The notes beneath the pieces are model-generated. The model saw only the letters and a program-made list of their open reading frames with translations. It was not told the DNA's origin and did no database searches. 64,000 bases of DNA from Takakia lepidozioides (taxonomy: Eukaryota; Plantae; Bryophyta). Where the stretch lies: the NCBI GenBank assembly GCA_030704615.1, contig CM060734.1:13144001-13208000 (forward strand), read 5' to 3'. Made by a program: the position numbers and the translations under genes. Shown one piece after another: positions 1 through 10,444 of the stretch (position 1 is the first letter of the stretch; the number at the start of each line of letters is the position of its first letter).

Positions 1-1076
1 TTTTTGAGGAGGACCAGGGTGACACTTTTTGGTGTCTACCTTGCCACAACATTCTCTGTGGTCTTCCCTCTTGTGGCAAGGACCACCATACATCCACCGT
101 CATCCAGGAGCATCCCCGCCAGCCCAAACCCGGCTCTCCAGTAGTCCTCCGTAAACTTGTTCCAGGTGGGCACACCATCCAGGCCTCCAGCAGGTCCCCA
201 TCTGGAATATTGAGGAGAATCATATCGCAGGCTCTCTCCACCTCAACGACCCCCCCCCCCGAGTGCTCTTGCAATCCGTGCTCACAGTCGTGAAGAATTC
301 CATCATGGCTTCCAAACCAGGGGTGTCTTTAGGCTCTGTAGCAACAGCCCTCTTCTTGGCTTTCCCCTTCAGCTCCTCCAGAGACTTGCTGTGTGCCACC
401 TTCTTCGCCCTGGCAGCCAGAGCGTCAAGGAAGCTCTCATTGATGCATTGGATGATAGTTGGGGATTCTAGCTTCTGCAGAAACATCACCGCCGAATACC
501 GCCGTGTAGGCTCGCCCTCAAATGCCAACTTCTTGGCAGAGCCAGTCCCAGTCCGAACTGACTTGGGAACCCGGACGACCGGTGACTTGGTAGCAGCAGC
601 AGTAGTCGCAGGACCTTGCACAAAGTCGTCGTCAGAGTCACTCCCTTGGGGCCCCTCTTGCGCCTCCTCTGGTACCCCGGTGGTTTTCTGTTTTTTGGGG
701 GTTACTTTACTCCCCTGTTTCCGTGTCCTTTTCATTTGTCCTTTATTCCTCTCATTCAATTTCTCCTGAATACCTGCCTGAGCAAGCTCTGCCGCTTTCC
801 TGGACTTGGCAAGCGCTTTCGCCTCCTTTGGACCCAGCGGAGGCAGCGGAGCCCGGTTTTGTCGGGCCTCCGCATCTAGCTTCAATTGGAACTCGGATGA
901 GTCGAGCGAGCCGGGCGGAAGGTCCACATACCAAGGGCAGTCGCGCAAATGCTCCAGATGCCACTCCTTCACGATAACGTCAGTGTACATGGAGTCAACT
1001 CAGGGTTCCTCCATGCGAGGAAGAATGGCGGCTCGAAGGACAGATGACCTTTCTCCAACATGAGAACTTACAGTAC
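1..1076 (-). pseudogene. Exon of the transposon-borne DNA methyltransferase-like gene (RDCxWY module to motif IV region), frameshifted
   Basis: Reverse complement of 61633-62710. Acceptor tgcag|gtactg at 1076. Encodes MYTDVIVKEWHLEHLRDCPWY and, after a poly-C frameshift near 250-260, DMILLNIPDGDLLEGLDGVPTWNKFTEDYW. Confidence 0.75.
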
Positions 1077-1252
1077 CTGCATTCAAAAAACACAGACAGA
1101 ATCACATCCATTTTTCCAGGCTGGGTCCGAAAATGGCTAAGTCCCAGATCTGATTGGGCCCGGAACTGGAAAAATGGCGCCATTTATCCAGTACAGGGTC
1201 CGAAAATGGCTAAGTCCCAGAAATGACTGGGCCTGGAATTGGAAAAATGGCG

Positions 1253-2005
1253 CTCCCCCCGAGACGACTTCATCCGACGGGCCTCGTATGGAAATTCGGC
1301 GCCGTTTTTCCATCCGGGGGATGTTCTCTGTCGGCCAGGTGTCGGCCTCTCCCCACGAGACGACTTCACCCGAACGGCCTCGTATGGAAATTCGGCGCTG
1401 TTTTTCCATCCGAGGGATGTTCTCTGTTGGGCAGGTGTCGGCCTCTCCCCCCGAAATGACTTCATCCGACGGGCCTCGTATGGAAATCCGGCGCCGTTTT
1501 TCCATCCAGGGGATATTCTCTGTCGACCAGGTGTCAGCCTCTCCCCCCGAGACAACTTCATCCGAACGGCCTCGGATGGAAATTCGCCGCCATTTTTTCA
1601 TCCGAGGGATGTTCTCTGTCGGGCAGGTGTCGTCCTCTCCCCACGAGACGACTTCATCCGAACGGCCTCGGATGGAAATTCGGCGCCGTTTTTCCATCCG
1701 AGGGATATTCTCTGTCGGCCAGTCCCCCCGAGACAACTTCGTCCGACGGGCCTCGTATGGAAATTCGGCGCCGTTTTGCCATCCGGGGGATATTCTTTGT
1801 AGGCCAGGTGTCGGTCTCTCCCCCCGAGACAACTTCATCCGAACGGCCTCGGATGGAGATTCGGCACCGTTTTTCCATCCGGGGGATGTTCTCTGTTGGC
1901 CAGGTGTCGGCCTCTCCCCCCGAGACGACTTCATCCGACGGGCCTCGCATGAAAATTCGGCGCCATTTTTCCATCCGTGGGATGTTCTCTGTCGGCCAGG
2001 TATCG
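1253..2005. repeat. Tandem repeat, 8 units of 96 bp (one unit 85 bp)
   Basis: GAGACGACT-type anchors at 1261, 1357, 1453, 1549, 1645, 1730, 1826 and 1922. Each unit holds the imperfect palindrome GGAAATTCGGCGCCGTTTTTCC. Confidence 0.95.
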
Positions 2006-2242
2006 TCACCCTCTGATTTGACGCCATGTCAAATTAAATTCTGCCCCTCATTCCTGGGTACGGCTATATTAAATGTTGCTCTTTTTCTGCCACTTGCCTG
2101 ACCTTTGTTCGTGACCCACGCGTTTCAAACCGAGACAGCAACAACACTTGCTCGCTCTGAGCTCCTCTCACTTCAGCTTCCCCACACTCCCCCTTCCCTG
2201 TGCACCCTCTCTGCTTCCTAGTAGCCCTTTCAATAGTCGGCG

Positions 2243-2791
2243 ATGGCGTGCCGGGATCCCAACAACTGCCCAAACAAGCATCTCACCCCGTGGGACTTCT
2301 CGCCCAAGTCAGGGGATATTTTCATATACCTGCAGGATTGGATAGACCACTCTCAGCAGAGGAGGGTGCACCTGTCCGCTCTTGAGTACCTTCCTGGTCT
2401 CCACGATCAGCCTCGCCGGGACGGGCTTGCGCGGCTTTGGTGCCTGCGAATCGTTGACCTGCAGTTTCCGCCAGCATGGAACATCCCCAAAAGCCGCACG
2501 GCCTTCCTACATCATTGGAGGTGCTGCCAGTGGGCCTACGAGGATTGCATCGGGTGTACGTACATGCCAGAGAGGAATCCATCGCAAACAGTGTATGGGG
2601 ACATTCTCATAAGCTACGAGGATGAGTCCTATGGACACAGAGTCTCTAGATTTACGATGGTGCATATATCGGAGGACATGACACCGTTGTCCACTACACC
2701 AAAGGCGAACGGGCTGCATGTCTTCACCTACCGACACCCTGTCAGTCATGAACTTGTTGAGAGGCCAATCGAGGTTCCAGCTTCTTGGTGA
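2243..2791 (+). CDS. Unknown ORF inside element A, possibly a 5' exon of the transposase gene
   Basis: 182-aa non-repetitive ORF upstream of the transposase, with a donor-like TTG|GTGAG at ~2787. No family recognised. Confidence 0.35.
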   Translation: MACRDPNNCPNKHLTPWDFSPKSGDIFIYLQDWIDHSQQRRVHLSALEYLPGLHDQPRRDGLARLWCLRIVDLQFPPAWNIPKSRTAFLHHWRCCQWAYEDCIGCTYMPERNPSQTVYGDILISYEDESYGHRVSRFTMVHISEDMTPLSTTPKANGLHVFTYRHPVSHELVERPIEVPASW

Positions 2792-3179
2792 GAACAGTGC
2801 AACATGGGAGCAAATTCCCAACTTACCGGAGCATGGATTGCATGCATACTTTTGGCTTCCCTCGGTTTGTGAGGGCATGCATACTTGTCACAGTTCATTA
2901 TTAATAAAAATGTCTCCTTTGAACCAAAGTTCCACTTTTTGTGCAATGTTGCATTTTGTTGAATGTTGACTTTTGGCAGCGAGGGTCTCGCACTCAATCT
3001 TGCAATCAGACCCACTGGAATGCCACCTCTGTCAGTTCCCTTTGTCCATGGGGAAGGTGCTTGCACGCTCGCCCCCCCACGCTTCTTGTCAGACGCCACA
3101 ATTATTGGTTTGTGCAGCGCATCTGCACTGGTCATATACCTTCTGACTGCATATCGTTGGCAGTTATTGCGCAAAGGCT

Positions 3180-5258
3180 AGGGGCCGCATTCCTGGACTA
3201 CAACAAGTTCGCAATTAAATCCGTTACATGCCTTCCCGCAGACGTCGACGGTAATATCTTCTTTGAGTTCCCTCCTTGAACGGATTATTCAAGGGCGTCC
3301 GGAATGTTGACAGATATGGATAGGAAACATGACGGTCATCCTTGGTGCGTCACCCAAACCACCAACATGAAGATGCTCGATGGTGTGCGGGTGCGCTACG
3401 TTGTTTGTGCGGGCGCGTTGCAGTGTTTATCTCCAACTTGCTTCCACTTTAAATCTAGAGGTCACAAGAACGAGACGGATTGGACAGGCACAGCTCATCA
3501 ACCATTTCGAGCTCAGGAGAAGGTTCCAAACTCCACATTTAAGTGTGCGCATTGCAAAGAACCACCACATTGCATGTCTATTTGTAATGCCAAGCAGTTC
3601 TATGTGTTGCACCATTTCCCTGACCTCACACGAGCTTGCATACACGTTGGTTCCCATTGTCACAAATTGGCGAGGGGGAACTCGTGGGAGGCTGCCCACG
3701 AGGCAGAGCAGCTTGTGCAGGAGGAGGTTAAGTTGAGACCTGGTGCCAAACCCAAACAGATACAGCTGCAGGCCGCCCATAAGATGGCATTGGTCAGAAT
3801 TATGTCGGAAGACGGCTCCGACAGAGTTCCTCTCGATGAGAAGGAAATGGAGGCATTGCTGGAGTCAGTGTTCCACGTCTGTTCACCGAATGTCCGAAAC
3901 CACATTGTCTCCTGCAAACAGAGAATTGGGCATGGCTCGGATATGCACTCCATTCTGGAGGTGAAGCGACGATGTGGATATGACTACATTCATAGAAATA
4001 GGTTTCCAGGACAAGGGACTGAGGTAGATCGTTGTTTCGTATTCAAAATATCAACGTGTGGGCCTGGCAGCGGCGTCGAACTGGTCCACCGGCGAGTGGG
4101 GACTTGTCAAACAGTTGGGTCATGTTTGACCATATCAAGCGAATTACAAATCACCAATGGGTGACAATGGGTGCACATGTCTACGACACCCACTGCAGGA
4201 TGCTAATGACAATTGTTATTTGTGAGATGAAATGAGAGGACACACAATCGGAGATGCTTCTTTGGCAGGGAATAAACAAACAGATGGCCAGGGCAGAATT
4301 GCCCCCTCCCAATTTCCGTGGTTTCATGGCGGACAACGCACAAGCAAATTGGGCTGCCATCCAAAGGGTGTACGGGGAAGACCCCAATGTTCCGATGAAA
4401 AACAAGGAGAGATCTTGTGGGTTCCATTTTTTGCAGAGCTTGTCACAAAACACAATCAGGCTCGTGGCGCCAGCTTTCAGAGAGGAGCACCGTTCCATGT
4501 GTCTTGCGTGGAAGCGTGCTCCCACCTTGGATGATGCAGAGACACAGTTTGCATGTATACGGGCTTAGTGGACAACGTCAAGTGCTGTAAAGACATCAGA
4601 CAAGGGAGCAATGGTCAGTTGGCTAGCATGGTGGCATTATCGTTTCCTCCAGTTCAGCGACTATATGCGGGAGGTGAGTTGGACGAATTTGCGTCCCGTT
4701 GAATATTATGCTAGCTACTCATTATTTGTAATTTGCTTGTAACCTCAACATGTGCATGTGCAGGAAATGTGTCTTGACTCCGACACCGACATGCCAACAA
4801 CAAACATGGCCGAATCGGTACATTCTTCCTGGCGTGCCTCCTCTGCGGCGCATCTGGTGGACATCCTCACTGCCACAACGGAGGACATTGTGAGGTCAAT
4901 TATGCAGCAATGCAGGTACAATGAGTTCTTGAAAGGGAAACAGTGGGGCTTGGGGCCGGACAGGCAAGAAATGCTGATGCGGACTGCCTCCAGATCAAAG
5001 AATCCTCGCAAGTGGGCGGCAGCCTTGCGAGAGGGCCTTCGGGACACGCCATTGCTTCGAAGTGGCCAACACTTGGAAGCAGATGTTCACACCCGTCCAG
5101 TGAGACAAAGACTTGACGAGGCACCTGGCGGAGAAGAGGATTCATGGCGAGCTGACAAGAATATTCGCACGCTACCTCGTGGTCCCGTGATGTTGCCCGA
5201 GGAGGTCTCGTCGAGCACCGCAAGTCCGATGTCTGAAAAAATGGCGCCGAATCTCTAG
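3180..5258 (+). pseudogene. MULE-type DDE transposase with GCM-like Zn domain (copy A); no SWIM domain seen
   Basis: MDRKHDGHPW..CAGALQC..C..CAHC..C..HxH. DDE core: MFDHIKR, FMADNA, CGFH, NMAESVH. Intron 4674-4763; several stops and frameshifts. Confidence 0.85.
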
Positions 5259-5711
5259 TTACATGGCCCAAGAACTGCCCAACATCTGTGCAATCCCCGG
5301 CACCATGTACTGAAATTCGGCGCCACATTTCCAAATTTTGGGCTTACACACCTGCCATGTTGGGACCTATAGCCGCGAAATTCGGCACCATTTTTTGCCG
5401 GAGACACCTATTACCGCGAAATATGTCGCAGATTTCTCCGGTTGCGGAACCTATTACCGCGAAATTCGGCGCCATTTTTGCAGATGTCGCTCGGAATTCG
5501 CATGAGCGGAAGATGAAATATCATGAGCACGGCTCTCAAAACTACAATTTTTACTTCAAACGATGAATATTATATTGTTTTTATCTTATACATTCCATTA
5601 AAATAATTTTTTAATGTTTTTTATTTCCAAAATTTGTACTTCTGCTCATGAAAACCGATTGTCTTGCTACTCCGCACATGCCGCTCATGCCGCTCATGCT
5701 CATGAAATAGC

Positions 5712-6000
5712 TAACCTCGCCACCTTGTCTAGAATAATGGTGGTCTGAGATGATATATGCGAGGTGATGATGGGAGATGAATTAGGCCCAGTCTCGGTCA
5801 GCTTGGGATGGTGGTCGGTGCGTGCCATTGAAAGTGTGCCCTAGGAGTGCAACAAATCTGTTGAAGTCCCCGGCCATTATGACGTGGTCATGTTGATGTG
5901 TGGGGTGAGTAAGTGCCGCGGATATGGTACTGAAAATTTCAGGGATGGATGAGAGGTCCTCGGTGTGGGATGGCATGTAGAGATGAATGAGTAGAATAGG
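5712..6000 (-). mobile_element. LINE fragment, APE endonuclease region
   Basis: YMPSH...VIMAGDFNR motif; homologous to 63610-63900. Confidence 0.75.
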
Positions 6001-6299
6001 GCAGAGGGCCTGTTAACCACTGGTTTATGACGTAGACAAAACAGGTTATCAGCACTACTGCCCATTTCCTAAGACATGCAACAGAGGTTGTCCGACGGTA
6101 TGCTTTTAGAAACGATTACGAAGTAATCGTTTTAAGGATAGCTAAACAATGAGCATCGTATGAATTTATCTCCCTGCAGGCTGCTTAATCCTATTGATTA
6201 AGCTCAACTTACAGTCTCTTTGGCATGAAAGATCTTAGTCGAAAAGAGTGAAGTCGTTAAGCAAATGGTAGTTAAGGCAAACAAGAACTATCTTGAGAT

Positions 6300-9168
6300 G
6301 ATACACATTCTCACCATCTCACGTTCTCTCATAATGCACATTCTCTCCATCTCACGTTCATTCTACATAGAGATACTTCGAATAGCATGGCTTAACTTCA
6401 GAGTTCGTCATATCATCACAGAAAATCAATCTGAGTCCCTGAATACACCTAACCCATATCCATCAGCAACACACCTCCCCACCCCAACCAATAGACGCCC
6501 GATACGTCCATACCTCCCTTCTTGCTCCTAACGTGCATGTTTGCATTGCTGAATGCAACCCCGATACAGACATCTCCTACACCACCCCCATCATCTGCAC
6601 AAGATCCCGCATGTCCAAATTATACGCCTCCAACAGCCGCTACATAGGCCTTATTCCAAACGACTGCCTCTCTTGGCTCTGGCATAGATTTTCTACCTCT
6701 TCCCCCTCACCTAGTCAGTTCTCGCCAGCACGGCAGGACTTTGCAACAGAAGTCTGCTGGCTAGCTGAACGGTATCTAGCCGATACCCCCCTCAAAAAGC
6801 CCTGCTCCCTTATCAAGCTATCTCTAGCCCAGTCACATACTACTCTTCCTCCGGACATCCTAACACTTCTTATAGAATCCTTTCACATTACACACTCCTA
6901 CTATTCTAGCCCGCTTACATGCCCTATGACGCTTTTGTCATACTCTAGCCCTCACCCTAGAGACTATTTCTTTGGAGCCATCGGCTCTGCATCCCAGCAT
7001 ACCTGGACTGGCCATGGCCTTGCACACCCCCCCCCCCCCCCCAAGGGCCCATCACTGGGCACGGCTCGCGGCACAGTCATCCCCCTCCAATGCCACCATC
7101 CTCCTCCTCTCTCACCAACAAATGCCCAATGGTCCACACCCCCTCCACCAACTGCCGCCCGGAGTCACGCCCCTAGCCACTATTGACCCAGGGCAACTCC
7201 AATATTCGCGCACCCAGCCCCTCCCCAAATATCTACAACACAAAGAACCTACCTTAACCCTCATTCTACTGGTCCACCGCCCCCACCTTCTCTACCATCA
7301 TACCCAATACCTTCCCAGATCGCCTTCTCCACCTTCTCACACACACGCATGGCCTGAAGGCCACTATTTTCCCGACCCCCCCTACTCTCCCCGGCACCCC
7401 TCGCCCCATGCGTCCCATTCCTCACATTAAAGCAACTAAGTTGTGGTGTCAAATGCTTTCCCGCCCACCCATCCCCTCTATTCCAACTATCCCCACGGAT
7501 CCGCCAGTTTCTCGCACGAAACTTCCTCTAAAATACCCACCTGCCCACTCCCACTACACGGATGGCTCCCTCATTGCTGGTCCCCGGGCTGGTTACGGCA
7601 TATACCATGCCGCTACCAACCAAGGAATCACCCTACATCTTCCAGGCCCGGCCACCATCCTCCGAGCCGAGCTCATGGCCATTCATGATGCCATTACCCA
7701 ACTCTCCTCATTTTCCCCCCCACACTACATCTTTACCGACAGCCTCACCTCACTCTTTCTCATCCGTAACCACCTCTCCCGCCCTTCCTCTCACTATTAC
7801 CACTCTGACAGGAACCTTATATCCGCCATTGCCCATCTTGCCATCTCCTTAAACCAACCCATATACTTCATTAAAGTCCGCTCCCACACCGGCATCACCG
7901 GTAACAACATGGCCGACTTCTTTGCCCGGAAAGGGGCTACCTGTCCCAAGGTGAACCCTACGTCAGAACCCATACACGTTGCCCATACGCACCCCTTCTG
8001 GTTCATCCACCCAGTTCCAGGTCCCAATTTGCCTCGCCCTATCCGCAATCTCTCAACCACCCTTACCCGCGAAGCCCATAAACAAGCCTCGACCTCCGCC
8101 AACTTCACCAAGCTACATGTCTAGAAATGGACACACTCGGAGGTTCTTCATCATAAATTATCTAACCATTTCTGGCGCACCAATATCGCCACAAATGCCC
8201 AAATCAGGCAGACTCTCAAATTCAGATATGCCCAATACATGGGCCACCAACGCAAACACACCTTCTGGCCATGTCTCTATCCCTCCCCAAATTGCCCGCT
8301 ATATGTGAACACACACCCGACCCGGGATACATGGCTACATTTGCTTAGCCTCTACACACACCTAATCATTCATGGCCTCAGAGTCACCCAACATAACCAT
8401 GCTATCTGGCACATCCACAAACTCCTCCTAAATAGACCTGAGACACGTTGGTTCTCCCTCATCAATGCAGGCACCTACCAGGGTAGACCTCCCGACCACA
8501 CAGTGGCCACATGGCTACTACCATGCTCGTGTAGACCCCGCTCCCCCTGCACATGCCCTGCCCGACTCTGCCCCGACATCCTCTTGGTGCTCGGGTTGCC
8601 TATCGGCACCTCGCCTCCTAGCATACCGTCCCCTGAACTCACTATACACTTCATTGAGTTTACATACTGTAATGACCGCTACCCCGCCTCCTCTATACTT
8701 GAAAAATGCCAAAAATATGCCCCGCTCATTCAGGCAAATCGCCAACGTGGCTGGTCTACCGGTCCCCTAACAGTCATTACAGCTGGCACACGGGGTGGAA
8801 TACACAATGCCAGTATCTCTGCCCTTCACAATAACTTCAAAATCCCACTTATCCCTATCCACAAATGTTTTAAAGCTATCCACCTGACGGCACTCCTTTC
8901 CCTCACTGCTATTATCACCAACAAAAGACAACTTGAGTCGCATACCTCTTTGACCTCCTGACTCCGCCTCTACCCTAGGGGTACCCCTTGGGGTACCCTC
9001 CCCAAACCACCTACCTTAGGTCCCCGGGGTGCCCTCCGGGCACCCCCCTAGCTTTATAGGGCCCACCCCTGAAAGAGGGCAGTAGCCACAAGGTGAAGTG
9101 GCTCTTAGTTACGCCGGCTGCAAGCCGGAGTCATCTCTCTCTCTCTCTCTCTCTCTCCTCTCTCTCCT
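6300..9168 (+). mobile_element. 5'-truncated non-LTR retrotransposon (Dualen/RandI-like 3' half): MTase-like domain, RNase H, restriction-like endonuclease, structured 3' UTR, (CT)n tail
   Basis: RNase H: YTDGS, RAELMAI, FTDSL, KVRSHTGITGNNMAD (7555-7920). C-terminal CP..HLL..HN..PDILL..IEFTYC..K..KY (8290-8800). C-rich coding strand; (CT)n at 9135-9168. The 5' boundary is approximate. Confidence 0.75.
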
Positions 9169-10444
9169 GGGGAAAGGGGTGAAGCCCAACCACATGACAT
9201 TTGTGTGCGTTTGCAATGCGTGTGCAAGCCTGGTAGCCCTGGAAAAGGGCAAAGAGGCCCATGGCGACATTGTCAGAGCTGGAATTGTACCCGATGTCAT
9301 TCTGAACAATGCCCTCGTGGACATGTTACTATGCCAAATGTGGGAGCATCGAGGATGCAAAGGTAGTGTTCAACAATATCGCTGAATGAAATGTGGTGTC
9401 ATGGAACGCGATGCTTGCAGGGTATGCACAACAGGGGCGCGGGATGGAGGCTTTGGAGACCTATGAGCAAATGATGGGGGAAGGGGTGAAGCCTGACCAC
9501 ATCATGTCTATGTGTTTGCAAGCTTGGCAGCCCTGGAAATGGGCAAAAGGGTGCATGGGTGCATCACAAAAGCAGGAATTGGTGAGAAGAATGATGAAGG
9601 TCAGAGGGGGTCGAAAGGAACCAGGTCACTGCTGCATTGAGATTGGCAACAGGGTGCACACCTTCGCTATAGATGACAACTTGCATCCCAAAATTAAGGA
9701 GATCCATGCTGAGCTGAGAAGATTGTCTGGGCAGATGAAAGGAGGCGGGGTATGTGCCTAACACGCGCTTTGTATTGCATGATGTGGGGAAGGAGGAAAT
9801 GGAATTTTCTCTTTGCCACCACAGTGAGAAGCTAGCCATTGGTTTTGGGCTGATCAAGTTTGTGTGCGTTTGCAGTGTGTGTGCAAGCCTGGCAGCCCTG
9901 GAGAACGGCAAAGAGGTGCATGGTTGCATTGCCAAAGCTGGAACTGTACCAGATGTGATTATGAACAATACCCTCGTGGACATGTATGCCAAATGTGGGA
10001 GCATTGAGGATGCGAAGGGAGTGTTCATGTTTGCAGGATATGCCAGTAGGGGCGCGGGATGGAGGCCTTGGAGATCTATGAGCAAATGATGGGGGAAGGG
10101 GTGAAGCACAACCACATCACGTTTGTGTGCGTTTGCAATGCTTGTGCAAGCCTGGCAGCCTTGGAAAAGGGCAAAGAGGTGCACGGTGACATCATCAAAG
10201 CTAGAATTGTACCAAATGTCATTCTGGACACTGCCTTGGTGGACATGTATGCGAAATGTGGGTGCATTGAGGATGCAAAGGGAGTATTTGACAATATGCA
10301 GGCTGAACAAAATGTGGTGTCGTGGAATGCGATGATTGCAGGATATGCCCAGCATGGTTGTCATAGGGAGGTCCTGCAACTATTTGAAGGAATGTAAAAG
10401 AACGGTTTGAAGCCGGACAATATCGCCTTTATATGTGTTCTCTC
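9169..10444 (+). pseudogene. Degenerate PLS-class PPR gene with E/E+ and partial DYW domain (organellar RNA-editing factor remnant)
   Basis: [63 protein letters not shown]. Many frameshifts and scrambled module order. Confidence 0.85.

Larger units (their letters stand above)
1..5711. mobile_element. MULE-like DNA transposon, copy A (family A/D); left end lies outside the window
   Basis: Divergent MTase-like gene (-) and GCM/DDE transposase (+). Ends in (GCTCATG)n...CTCATGAAATAGC at 5711; the same terminus occurs at the opposite (MTase) end of copy D at 63412, so it is a TIR. Confidence 0.8.

Noticed and set aside
1137-2101. Long ORFs in several frames on both strands
   Set aside because: By-product of a stop-poor 96-bp tandem repeat; no independent coding evidence.
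9069-9133. Hammerhead ribozyme (CTGAAAGA...GTC)
   Set aside because: The core does not fit CUGANGA and no GAAA follows a stem II; better explained as simple hairpins.
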